DNA of 64,000 nt from Octopus sinensis (Eukaryota): contig NW_021835995.1 in assembly GCF_006345805.1 (NCBI RefSeq), positions 124,001-188,000 of the forward strand. Reading direction: 5' to 3'. Positions 25,788 through 38,220 of the stretch are shown piece by piece; the stretch's first letter is position 1, and each line of letters begins with the position of its first letter. Position numbers and translations under genes: made by a program. The notes under the pieces were generated by a model. The model was not told the DNA's origin and made no database searches. It saw only the letters and a list, made by a program, of their open reading frames with translations.

Positions 25788-26242
25788 ACATAGGGTCGAT
25801 GCCAGTGCCACCTGACTGGCTCCCGTGCCGGTAGCGCGTAAAAGGCACCCGCTACACTCTTGGAGTGGTTGGCGTTAGGAAGGGCATCCAGCTGTAGAAA
25901 CACTGCCAGATCAGACTGGAGCCTGGTGCAGCCTCCTGGCTCTCCAGACCTCAGTCAAACCGTCTAACCCATGCCAGCATGGAAAGCGGACGTTAAATGA
26001 TGATGGTGATGATGATGATGATGACAGGGGCTCTTTTCAGTTTCTGTCAACCAAATTCATTAGAAGACACTTGCCCAAAATGCCATGCAGTGGGACTGAA
26101 CCAGGAAGCACATGGCTGAGAAAGTAAGCTTCATATCCACACAATCATACGTCTTTCGGTTAATTAATTAATAATTTATGTACGCAACTATTACGAACTA
26201 TTACAGTAAGGGAGACAACCACTCATTATTTAAAATTTTTAC

Positions 26243-26370
26243 CCAGTTAACTCCCGTATACAAATACCACCACGTCGTCATTTTCTAAAAAGTTATTTTT
26301 GTAAAGACGAACGAAGTTTATTCAGCTGCTTACTAAGAAAATAAAAACTGCACAGAGGAAGTGCGTGACT
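26243..26370 (-). promoter_or_regulatory. Probable promoter and non-coding first exon of gene A
   Basis: Unique sequence with about ten CpGs in a CpG-depleted neighbourhood, an ETS-type GGAAGTG motif near 26357, and a donor actgg|GTAAAA at 26242. Confidence 0.5.
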
Positions 26371-26733
26371 TGTTCTACTTTCTGAGCTGACCTACTATTT
26401 CTGAATACCACAAACTGTTTTGTTAAATATAAACTTGTTGAGGAACGTATAAACTTGACAAAATGCTTAATAATTTATAATAATACAATTTGACAATTAA
26501 ACAATTTTTTTTTTTTTTTTGCTTTATCTTCTTTTACTTGCTTCACACATTGGACTGCGGCCATGCTGGAGCATTGCGTTGGAGGTTTAATCCCGCCTAG
26601 TATTTATCTTAAAGCTGGTACTTATTCTATTGGGCTCTTCTGCCAATCCTCAATGTTACGGGGACGTAAACAAACCAACACCGGCTGTCTAGCAATGGTG
26701 GTGGTGGTGGTTAACAAACAGCACTAGCACAGA

Positions 26734-26782
<49 letters not shown>

Positions 26783-26891
26783 CTTGCTGGAACTTACATT
26801 TTTCAAATTTATTTTGTTATAGTTCACTGGCAGTACTCCAGCAAGGCCACAGCCTAGGGGATGAAACGTATAAAAGAATTATAAAAACATG

Positions 26892-26939
<48 letters not shown>

Positions 26940-26988
26940 CACATATATATATGTGTGTGTGTGTGTGCGTGTGTGTGTATAGATAGAC

Positions 26989-27040
<52 letters not shown>

Positions 27041-28252
27041 GACCGGTTTTGCATGGTTTCCATCAACCAAATTTACTCGCTATATTTTGGACGGCCAGGA
27101 GCTATAACAGAAGACACTTGCCTAAGCCACTGTGCAGTAGATCTGAACCTGAAACCATGTAATTGAGACACAAGCTTCTCACAACACAGTGACACTTGCA
27201 CCTATTAATTGCAAAAAAATTCTACTATACTAGATTTCCGCTGGAGAAATTCTGTTAAATGTGGAAACCACTCAAAATCGCTTATTCATGCCTTGATTTG
27301 TGGAGGACCTGTATGTGTGTACATATATATATATCTCCATCACCGTGACCGACCAGGCTATCAGATGTTGCTACACATCGCTGGTCACAATGCGCTTCAC
27401 ACTGTTTTAGCCTTCAAATGACGCCACCCCGCTGGCTAAGCAAGCAGGCCAACAGAAGAAAGAGTGAGAGAAAGTTGTGGCGAAAGAGTACAGCAGGGAT
27501 CGCCACCACCCACTGCTGGAGCCGCATGGAGCTGTAGGTGTTTTCGGTCAATAAACACTCACAATGCCCGGTCTGAGATTCGAAACCACGATCCTACAAC
27601 CGCGAGTCCACTGCCCTAACCACTGGGCCATTGCGCCTCCACACACATATTTATATTTATATAAATATATATATATGTGATTGGCTCCCATGCAGGTAGC
27701 ATGTAAAAACACCTTTGAGCATGGTTGTTGCCAGAACCGCCTGGTTGGCCCTCGTGCTGATGGCACATAAAAACACCCACTACACTCTCGGAGTGGTTGG
27801 CATTAGGAAGGGCATCCAGCTGTAGAAACTTTGCCAGATCAGATTTAGCCAGGTACAGCCTCTCGCTCTCCAGTCCTCAATCAAACCGTCCACCCCATGC
27901 CAGCATGGATAGCAGACGTTAAATGATGATGATGATGATGATATATAAGGGTGTAATATGGCCAAATCATCAAGGAATATGCTTTGCAAACATGAGATTC
28001 TGTGTTGGATCCCATTAGATGGTGTCTTGAGCAACTGTCTTCAACTGTACAGCTCATGTCAAGGCAAGCCTACACAGCTGTTTACAGGCTAATTCAATAA
28101 GTATGTAGTTCTGTTGATCAAACAAGTAAATACTTATTGTTAATAAACAAAAGAAAATCTATGTACATTATACATACTAGGACAGAAAAATAGATATGCT
28201 CAGAATATTAATCTCCTGGAAACTGTTCCAAAACCTGCAATCAGATAAATAC

Positions 28253-28293
28253 CTGCCATCAGACATTTTCCATACTCTAAACATCTTGCTTCC
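28253..28293 (-). CDS. Candidate upstream exon (EARCLEYGKCLMA), phase 2-1, in frame with gene A exon 24690
   Basis: gtgcatttgcag| acceptor, gcag|GTATTT donor, open frame. No homology recognised. Confidence 0.35.
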
Positions 28294-28850
28294 CTGCAAA
28301 TGCACACATTAAAGCTCCAAAACTAGCAACTTATTTGATAGACACCCACAAGATTATATTGATGTCTAATTTTGGCACAAAGCCAGCAATTTCAGAGGGA
28401 GAGGATAAGGTGATTACATTGACTCCAGTGCTAAACTGGAACTTATTTTATTGACCCCTGAGAGGATGAAAGGCAAAGTCAACCTCCGCAGAGTATTAAC
28501 TTAGCATAATGACAAATGAAATGTGCCTAAATATTTCACCCCTCATTCTAAGAATTCTGCCAGCTTGCCGCCTTATGGAGGTGAGGGAATAATATTATTA
28601 AAGTAGTGTTGCCTGTATTAGACTAGTGACATCATGTCACATCTCGAAGATTATGCTCATGCCATCCATGAGCAAGAATATCTAATAAATGGAATATGGA
28701 ATATCTAATAAATGAAAGAGACAGCAAAGTTCCTTAATCCAAAGACAACCACAAATGTCAATTGCATCATACACATAATCAGCTGCTGTCCCCAAAAAAA
28801 TGTCGAGGTACCCCTCCCACAACATGATGGCTAGGAAGTAAGTGTCTTAA

Positions 28851-29344
28851 CCTTTTAGCATTTAAACCAGCCATATCACACCCAAATATTCTTCCTGTTC
28901 TACATAGATCCTAACCAGATCTGATCTCTCACACTTATCCTACATTCATCACTATCATCATCATTAACGTCTGTTTTCCAATGCTGACATGGGTTGAACG
29001 GTTTGGCTGAGGTCTGCAGAGCCAGCAGCTGCACCAGGCTCCAACCTGGTCTGGCAAAGTTTCTACAGCTGGATGCCCTTCCTAATGCCAACCACTCCAA
29101 GAGTGTAGTGGGTGCTTTTTATGTGCCACTGGCACTGGAACCAGTAAGGTGGGTCTGGCAATGATCACATTCAGATGGTGCCATTTACATGCCACCGGCA
29201 CAGGAACCAATCAGGCGAACCTATTCTAAAAGTAAATCGTCAGATCCTTGAAATCTTGAAGCAACTACATTAATGCATGACTAATACAAGACAATGTGAA
29301 TACATAAGCCTAACATTTGACAGAGTAATCTGAATACGAAAGGG
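28851..29344. mobile_element. piggyBac-like MITE interrupted by a (GAT)n-tailed SINE
   Basis: Same termini and body, with the SINE nested at about 28945-29220. Confidence 0.7.
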
Positions 29345-30011
29345 TTAACCATAGACTGCACCTACATCTATGTATTTGTATATATATGTAGATATATGTA
29401 TGTATATTGTCATGTAGTAAAGCAGTCTTTTGCCACTGTTGTATCTGTCTTTTGACGACTGTCACTGTGACAGATATTGTTATATTCTGAAGCCGTCGAT
29501 AGAATGGTTCTATCTGACAATGTACGACCCCCACCCCACCCCAGTCATACAGTATTATTATTGTCAAAGGGTTGGATCGATATTATGTCAACTCAGTATC
29601 ACAATATAATTACTATATCAGCACAGACATGACTATCAACACAGTCTACATGTGCTCTCAACTTTCTTCCTTCTGCCTGTCAACCGGTTACTGGTCTATT
29701 TATAATTATAATAGCTGGCTACTACTACTTATTACCGGGTGGGGTGAACAGTTTCACTATACAATACATCATAATCATTATTACCTAACATTTACTTTTT
29801 TATGCTAGCATGGGTCAGACAGAATTTTTTCGCAAATTTTTTACAGCTGGATGCCCTTGCTGTTGCCAAACCTCACTTGTTTCCAAGCAAGGTAATATTT
29901 CCCCATGGCCAGATGTGTTTTCCAGGGAAGACTAGAAATGAAACAACCTTACTTGTATGGTGATATTCATTTACAGCCATCACCATATCTAGACAAGGAC
30001 ACACACACACG

Positions 30012-30045
<34 letters not shown>

Positions 30046-30281
30046 TAGTTCAAATTTACAGAAAACAAAAGACGAAGACAGGTGTAAGAACAACAAGCAG
30101 GCATATCCATTTAACAATCAGGAAAAATGGAAAAGCTTTTTATATTTCGAGCCTATGCTCTTTGACAGAGGTAAAAAAAAATGGAGAGAGAATGAAAAAA
30201 CATGGAGAGAGGAAAATAGTGCAGGGTTCAACAGTCCAACATGACAAGATGACTGGAAGAAAGAGGTTGAATGAAAGGGAG

Positions 30282-30343
<62 letters not shown>

Positions 30344-30989
30344 GGTAAAGGTAATGGTGACCCCCAAGAAACTAAGGTGCACACGCATGTGTGTATATGT
30401 ATGTGAGAATGTTGTGTGTATGTTTGAATGGGGCCAAGTAAGTCTAACGTGTGTGTGTGTAGTAATTGATGTGTGCTTGTTCAAGTGGTGTGTGCGTCTG
30501 TCTGTCTGTGACAAAATAGTACAGATTGAAAGTTATCATTGTCTATGTGTTGTGTGTGTATGTGTGTGTGTGAGTGTGTGTATTGTTTGTGTTCAGGTAT
30601 TATATGCTTGTGTAGGTGTGGGAGTGTGCATGGTGTGTGGTGTGCGTACTGTGTTAAACAGCATGTGTGTGTGTATAATGGTATGTGTAGTGACGCTATT
30701 GAAGATTGCGTGCAGGTGTGGATAATGGTGTGTGGTGTGGGGGCTGAGAAGTGTTCAGCGCTAGTGTGTGTGTGTGTGGAGTGTGAAGGTGTTTGTGGGT
30801 GTGTGTGTAATGGTGTGTGAAGTGAGTAATGAGTTGAGCAGTGTGTATTGTTGTTTGTATAGTGATGTGTGTGGTGAGAGTACCAAGGTAGTTAGCATGC
30901 AAGTGTGTAGGTGGAGGAAGGACAGTTGAATGTGGGAGGTGTGTGGAAATCCATGTGGGGTTGGTGTCAGATGTAGATAGGTAGTGAGC

Positions 30990-31198
30990 TGAGCCCATGT
31001 GGTGCAAAGGGACAAAGTGAGAGAGGAAGGAGTCCAGATGTTTGCGGGAGAGTGAGGTCGCGTCAATACAGTCATTGATTTAATGACTGTATAGCTCGGA
31101 AGTGGGACCAGTGAATTGTAATAATATTTGAGCCACAACATAGCCAACAAACAGGTTTGCATAGTTGGGGCCCATTCTTATTCCCATGGGTATATATA
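30990..31198 (-). mobile_element. Penelope-like element reverse transcriptase fragment
   Basis: PMGIRMGPNYANLFVGYV.AQI..QFTGPTSELYSH*INDCI matches the PLE RT motif 4-5 region (MG..MGP.YANLF...YIDD), decayed. Confidence 0.75.
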
Positions 31199-32299
31199 TT
31201 TTTCCAGCTGTAAAATCCACTCGCAAGGATTTGATGAGCCCAGGGCTATAGTAGAAGAAACTTTCTCTTTCAGTTCCCCCACCCCCACCCCATCTTTGCA
31301 ATGAGTTAGATGAATATGTTATTGAAGCATTGTTTTACAGCTGGATGCATTTCCTGACACAAACCCTTACCTGTTTTTCAAGTATGGGATCTTTTGAAAG
31401 CAGGAAGCAAGTGCGGAAGTTAATGATAAGAGAAGAGATAACAATGGCACTGCTGATGCTGTGACTTTCAAATAAACAAATTAAGATGGTTATGGCAGAT
31501 GAGGAGGAAACTTGCAGAGATGGGGACTGACTGGGGCTCTGCCTGACGGGTCACCCAGGAGGACCTGAGAATATACCAATAAATGGGGAATGCAAAAATG
31601 TGCTGCAATGGCACAAGACCCCACACCTGACCTGATACATGCATGCACACATGCACACATGCGCATACACAAAGCATTACCATTCATACAAATGGTGTTA
31701 TTGGTTTGTACTCCTCTGTGGAACCAATGTTCCATGCTGTTCTTTGTTCAACAGACAAGGGAGAAATACTGCCATGCTTGGAAATAGGAGAAGGTTTGCC
31801 ACAGAAAGTTCTGTCATTACAAATTTCGACTGACTCATGAACAAGATTGTGTAGCCAAGTATTCGTCATAACTTTGTGAGCTTACATAAACGTAACTATT
31901 GAAATATCTGGTTTTGGCACAACACCAACAGAACATCATAGGCCACACCTAACACAAGGTCATTCACTTAATGACAAAGACTCACTAACCAACCAGCTAC
32001 AAGCAGCTACCCAGATATGCTTTCTCTTATCTCTCTGCCTCTTCTAGTCTTACTATAAAATCATCTACTTCCTTGTTCTAGTGTGTAGTGTAACCCCAAC
32101 CAAAACACACCATCACTCTGCTCCTCTCATAATAAATATTGGTTGTCAGATAAATTTGTTTCTTTCTTTCAAATGTGACTTGAATTAACGCAAAAAATAT
32201 TTTTGCTTATGTTTAATGGGTATCTTTCAGAAACTCTATTCTTCATCTACAACTTTTGTTTATTGTTTCTGAAATTTGAATAAATTATATCTTTTTTCA

Positions 32300-32463
32300 G
32301 CGTAGGAGTGGCTGTGTGGTAAGTAGCTTGCTTACCAACCACATGGTTCCGGGTTCAGTCCCACTGCGTGGCACCTTGGGCAAGTGTCTTCTACTATAGC
32401 CTCGGGCCAACCGAAGTCTTGTGAGTGGATTTGGTAAACGGAAACTGAAAGAAGCCTGCCGTA

Positions 32464-32527
<64 letters not shown>

Positions 32528-32752
32528 CATGTGTATATGTTTGTGTCTGTGTTTGTCCGCCACCATTTCTTGACAACCAATGCTGGTGTGTTTACGTCCC
32601 CGTAACTTAGCAGTTCGGCATTAGAGACCGATAAAATAAGTACTAGGCTTACAAAGAAAAAGTCCTGGGGTCGATTTGCTCGACTAAAGGCGGTGCTCCA
32701 GCATGGCCACAGTCAAATGACTGAAACAAGTAAAAGAGTAAAAAGAGAGAGT
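32300..32752 (+). mobile_element. SINE S1, full-length copy
   Basis: Complete head, CORE-like block and tail. Confidence 0.9.
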
Positions 32753-32784
32753 ATATAATGATGGAATACCAAGTAGAAAAAAAG

Positions 32785-32935
32785 TGATCATTTTCAAGAC
32801 CTGTTTCTCTTCACTTTCAATCAATGCTTCCAAAGCTGCTCAAGACATTTGTGCTGTGTACAAGAAAGGTGCTATTACTAAAAGAACTACTCAGAAACGG
32901 TTTCCACACTTGAGATTATCAGAATTTTCCATCAC
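32785..32935 (+). mobile_element. Mariner-like transposase N-terminal remnant
   Basis: SKAAQDICAVYKKGAITKRTTQKRF resembles the mariner HTH motif (A..IC.VYG..A...RT...WF). Confidence 0.55.
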
Positions 32936-33194
32936 TTTCCATCTAATCTAACCAATGTGGAAGAGTCTGCAATTAATATGAATACTATTTCTCCACTTCT
33001 AATTAATTTCCTTTTTAAAATACGCAAATAGGTGCAGGCATGGCAGTGTGGTGAAGAAGCTCCCTTTGTAACCATGTGCTTTTGGGTTCAGTCCCACAGC
33101 ATGGCACCATGGGAAAGTGTCTTCTATTATAGCCCTAGGCCAATCAGCTCCTTGTGAGTGAATTCGATAGACAGAAACTTTGTGGGAGTCAATA

Positions 33195-33234
<40 letters not shown>

Positions 33235-33381
33235 TGGTGGTGTTAGAGAGGTAGGTGACAGGTGTGACATTTTGGATGAAAGCAGGGGAAGGAACCAGGC
33301 TGGGAGGCAGGAATAGGGAAGAAACTGTGAACCAGGAAGTCGTGCAGGTTATAGGCTCGTTTGAAGGCGGGAAGGGGTAGT

Positions 33382-33445
<64 letters not shown>

Positions 33446-33920
33446 GTACACACCGCCTGACAATCAGTGTTGGTTTGTTTACATCCCTATAACTTAGCAG
33501 TTCAGCAAAGAACCTAATAGGATAAGTACCAGATTTAAAAAAAAATTAGTACTGAGTTCATTCTGTTCAACTAAAACCCATTAAGGTGGTGCCACAGTAT
33601 GGCCACAGTTATGACTAAAACAAGTAAAAGAGTAAAAAACAAGTAATTAAAATTGACCGTGACAAAAGGTCTGATATTTCCAACAAAAAAAATAACAATT
33701 GTATGTAAGAGATAATTTATGTGTGACTATATCTCTAAGTAATCTAAAGGTGCTTCAAGGTGCCAGAATAACCTTTTGTCATGGAAAATCATTTAAGTTT
33801 GTTGAAAAGGGTCATCAGTTCAAACTCACAATAGTGCCATTGTGTTGTTCTATTCCTAGAGGACCGTGTTTAATACATACTTGTTCCAGAAATTCAGATA
33901 TAAATACATAAGTATATGTA

Positions 33921-34250
33921 AGTGCCACATAGTAAGCACCCATGACGGTGTCACATAAAAAGTACCTGAGCTGGTGCCGCGAAAAAGGCACCAATGCTGG
34001 TGTCACATAAAAAGCAGCCATACCAGTGCCACATAGAAAGCACATATGCAGGTTCCACATAAAAAGCACCAATGATGGTGCCACATAAAGAGCACTGATG
34101 CTAGAGCCATGTAAAAAGCAGCCATACTGGTACCACATGAAAAGCACCTGGTGCCACATAAAAAGTACCTGTGCTGGTGCCATGAAAAAAAGCACCCATA
34201 TTGATGCCATGTAGCAACACACATGCTGGTAGCATGTAAAAAGCACCCAG
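33921..34250 (+). repeat. 26-bp hairpin minisatellite at the 5' end of an S4 element
   Basis: About 13 units with consensus GGTGCCACATAAAAAGCACC-N6. A shorter array of 5 units lies at about 58823-58955. Confidence 0.85.
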
Positions 34251-34970
34251 TACACTCTGTAAAGTGGTTGGCACTAGGAAGGGCATCCAGCTGTAGAAAC
34301 CCTGCCAACACAGACAATTGGAGCCTAGTGCAGCACTCCGGTTTGCCAGATCTTGTCAACCATCCAACCCAAGCCAGTGTGGAAAACAGATCTTAAATGA
34401 TGATGATTATTATGATAATGATATATATATATATATATATATCTTATTGCTGGTGAATAAGATGTGCCTTTTCTTTTCCGCTGCCACATACTCTCAGATG
34501 TCCCCTTTTCTACCACCCACTCCTTGCACCCACTCCTTGCACCCATCTCACCTAATCCTACCCACCTCATACCACATTTCTTTCATCACTTTCCAACTTC
34601 ACCCCTTCACCACCACCCCGACCCCCGCTGTTTTAGAATGTGAGGAATCATGTCGCTCCTCTACAGCAAGAAACCAGTCCTGCTCTGGCCCTTTCTCTCA
34701 TGCTCTCTCTCTACTCCCTATTCTCCTAGCATAAAGTTCTCCCTCTCCACTAGGTCTTGCAAGTTGTATAGCAAACCGCACTAGTGACGGTGACACCAAA
34801 AAAGCACCCAGGACATGCTGTAAAGTGGCAACCCATTACAAAGTGCATTGAGCCGGAGAAACCCTGCCAAACAGACACTGGAGCACATTGCAGTCTTTGG
34901 GCTCATCTGACCCTCTCAAACCAGCTATTCCATGTCAACATGCAACACAAATATTAAATGATGATTATGA

Positions 34971-35317
34971 TGTAGTAAAGATTGTTTGCCAACATAACAT
35001 AGCAGTCTTGGTTTAGGACGACTGTTGCTGTAATTTAGCCCCAGGAGACATCGTCTCCAGCTGGCTATACAACACGATCTGTGTCCTTATATTGTCAAAC
35101 AAGGGAATCTAGCACCCCCACTCAGTTCAAAACAATATCTGTGTATTGCGATTTCTGGGTTATTTCTCTTCATCAGCACAGAATAATCGTTCGAAAATGT
35201 AAGCACAAAGATTGCGTCATATAGCCAGCTGGAGACGATGTCTCCGGGGCTAAATTACAGCAACATTAGTCCTAAACCAGGACTGCCGTGTTATGTTGGC
35301 AAACAATCTTTACTACA
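34971..35317. mobile_element. Element with ~120-bp inverted arms (MITE-like or inverted pLTR)
   Basis: Arms 34971-35092 and 35196-35317 are reverse complements (TGTAGTAAAGATTGTTTGCCAACATAAC...), with a ~100-bp spacer. Confidence 0.8.
35139..35181 (-). ncRNA. Hammerhead-like motif (family C) in the spacer of a long-inverted-repeat element
   Basis: CUGUG CUGAUGA AGAGAAAUAACCCA GAAA UCGCAA UA CACAG: 5-bp stem I, both core blocks, near-palindromic stem III, AUA triplet. Stem II is decayed. Confidence 0.5.
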
Positions 35318-35341
35318 AAGTATTGTTGCTGAATATCTCAC

Positions 35342-35537
35342 ATTGTGAGATTTAAAAATAGTAATTTTCTAATTGATGATAATGATGTATCAAAAAATTG
35401 TCCTGAGTCTAATGCAGCTGTATTATGGATGGGAGGCCAAAGTGTGACATGCAAAGGAACCAGACGAGCGTAAGCCTGCAAGGCACAGCAATTGTTACTA
35501 ATGATAAAATACTGGAAATGAGCCAAAATATCACAGA
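35342..35537 (-). CDS. Candidate upstream exon (CDILAHFQYFIISNNCCALQAYARLVPLHVTLWPPIHNTAALDSGQFFDTSLSSIRKLLFLNLT), phase 1-2
   Basis: ttttgtgctaacag| acceptor with a branch-like CTAAC, GTGAGA donor, only one frame open across the exon. No homology recognised. Confidence 0.35.
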
Positions 35538-35772
35538 CTGTTAGCACAAAATTACAAAATAATTGCTCACAGTTATGTGGTGAGGTGACAATATCTCTTC
35601 ATACCACCTTCCCCAGCATATATAACTCACACCTGATATGTGTTTTGCATTATTTAATGTACCATTTAAGGAACATTTTTTTTTTTTTAATTATCTAAAT
35701 GAAAAATTCTGCTAGCCTGTCAGCTATCTGCAATGACTGGATGACAACAAGGTCATAAGTGTGGTGTATCAC

Positions 35773-35878
35773 CCTGGTGCATGATCATGGCTATGTAAAA
35801 CAACACAGCCAGAAATATGAGTTTTACATCCTGTTTGGCAATTTTCTTAACCAGAAAATAAACAACTGTGCAGTTAAG
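35773..35878 (-). CDS. Candidate upstream exon (LNCTVVYFLVKKIAKQDVKLIFLAVLFYIAMIMHQ), phase 0-1
   Basis: ttgtctttcag| acceptor, weaker GTGATA donor, phase-compatible with 35537-35342. Confidence 0.3.
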
Positions 35879-38039
35879 CTGAAAGACAATTAAGTTGAAA
35901 TACAGCACTCATATACTGTATCCAATATACTTTCACACATTATATATTATGTTGTTTTTGCTACGAAATATACTTGTGAGGTAGGGGCGTGTCTTACATG
36001 CCAAAAATACAGGATATAAGACAGATACAAATAAATCATTCTAGCTAGAATATATAGAGAGATAAAGGAAGGTCAATAAACGTTTACATAATTTAATTAT
36101 TTTGTAATCTCTCTCACACACACACACACACACTCTCTCTCTCTCTCTCAGACAGACAAACAAACAGACAGTATACCATATGCACAGCCAAGTGCTTAAG
36201 AAGTTTGCTTTGCAATCACAAAAGTCACGGTTCAACCCCTTTGCATGGCATCGAGAGCAAATTTCATTTGTCATGGCCTCGGGTTGTGATAAATGGCACA
36301 CAAGTGGAACCTAGTTTGACAGAAACTGTGTAGAAGCCCATCACATGTGTACATTTGTGTGCACGCTTGTCTAGACATCATGCTGATGGTTGTACATGAT
36401 CATCATCAACATGATCATATGAGCAAGATTGTTTATTTCCAATCTTCCATGAAAAGCAAGTCTGGCCATGGGGGAAATATTCCCTTACTTGTAAACAGGT
36501 GAAGGTTGGTGACAAGAAGGGCATCTGTCCATGGAAAATCTGCCTCAAATTCCATCTGATCCATGCAAGAATGGAAAACTGGACATGAAATGGCGATGAT
36601 TTAACACAATGCACTGCCTGGTCCCAGAATCGAAACCACAATCTTGCAATCATGAGGGCAACATTCTAACTGCTAGACCAAACACCTCTGCAAGCTTTAC
36701 ACCCATGTATAAAGAAAGCAAAAAAAAAAAATTAAATAATCCTTTCTATTGTAGACGCAAAGCCTGAAATTTTGAAGGATGAGATTACTTGATTACATCA
36801 ACCCCATTGCATAACTGGTACACATACTTTATCAAACACAAAAGAACAAAAGGCAAAGTCAATCTCAGAGGAATTTGACCTCAGAACAAAGACATTTTGT
36901 CTGGCATGGTAACAATTCTGCCAGCTTGCTATCTTATAAAACTAGGTGTGGCTGTGCGGTAAGAACTTGCTAAGGCTTAAGGTGGCGAGCTGGCAGAAAC
37001 GTTAGCATGCTGGGCAAAATGCTTAGCGGTATTTAGTCTGCCGTTATGTTCTGTGTTCAAATTCCGCAGAGGTCGACTTACCTTTCATCCTTTCAGGGTC
37101 AATAAATTAAATACCAGTTACGCACTGGGGTTGATGTAATTGACTTAATGTCTTTGTTTGTTCCTCTATTTTTAGCCCCTTGTAGGCAATAAAGAAATAA
37201 GAACTTACTTCCCAAACACATGATGCCATTTTCAGTCTCAGTGTCCGGCATCTTGGACAAGTGTCTTCTATTATAGCATCGGGCCAACCAAAGCCCTCTC
37301 AGTGAATTTGGTAAACAGAAACTATAAGAAGCTCATAGTGTATATATAAATATATATGTGTGGTTGATGCCAGTGCCACCTGATTGGCACCTGTGCCAGT
37401 GACATGTAAAAAGCACCATTCAGTGCTGCCTGACTGGCTCCCATGCTGATGGCATGTATAAAGCACCCACTATACTTTCGGAGTGGTTGACATTAGGAAG
37501 GGCATCTAGCTGTAGAAACCTTGCAGCTTCCTGGCTTGCCAATCCTCACTCCAACCGTCCAACCCATGCCAGCATGGAAAGCAGACGTTAAACGACGACA
37601 ATGATGATAATGATAATGAGAGTGTGTGTGTCTTTGTGTCTGTCCCCTACCATCACTTGATAACTGCTGTTGGTGTGGTTCAGCACAAGTGACTGATAGA
37701 ATAAGAACCAGGCTTTAAAAAAATAAGCACTGAGGTTGATTCAAGGGCGGTGCTCCAGCATGGCCGCAGTCTAATAACTGAAACAAGTAAAAGACAAAAG
37801 ACGATAAAATAAATTACTGTCAGAAATTCTTGTCACTGAACTAGAAACTTTGAAGCTCAACCAGTTATCAAGTTTTCAGGATTTCTTTTTCTTCATTGAC
37901 TTTTACAGTTCAAATTACAAAAAGAAAGAACCAAGTACTTTGAACTGAACAGAACAAAACGGTAAAAAGAAAAAACAATACTAAAACAAACAAAAAAAGT
38001 TAATGAAGATGGTAAAAGTATTGATCTACAGCATTAATT

Positions 38040-38220
38040 TCGAAGACAGCACTGGTTATTAGTCGGTTGCGAATTAATTATATAATTTAATTAGTTAAGT
38101 TGACGTAATTGTCTTCTGTGGCGCACAAGGAAATTTTGAATTTTAAGATTCCTCCAATTTATCCAACGTAGCACATCATCCGTTAAGACTGCGTGCACTT
38201 TGTCGGTCGGGAGTTTCATC
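38040..38220. promoter_or_regulatory. CpG-retaining unique block, possible promoter or enhancer
   Basis: About ten CpGs in 180 bp of non-repeat sequence amid CpG-decayed repeats. No transcript structure resolved. Confidence 0.25.

Noticed and set aside
33921-34250. CRISPR-like array of palindromic repeats
   Set aside because: Eukaryotic context, units are degenerate, spacers are only about 6 nt, no cas genes, and the motif is internal to a SINE.
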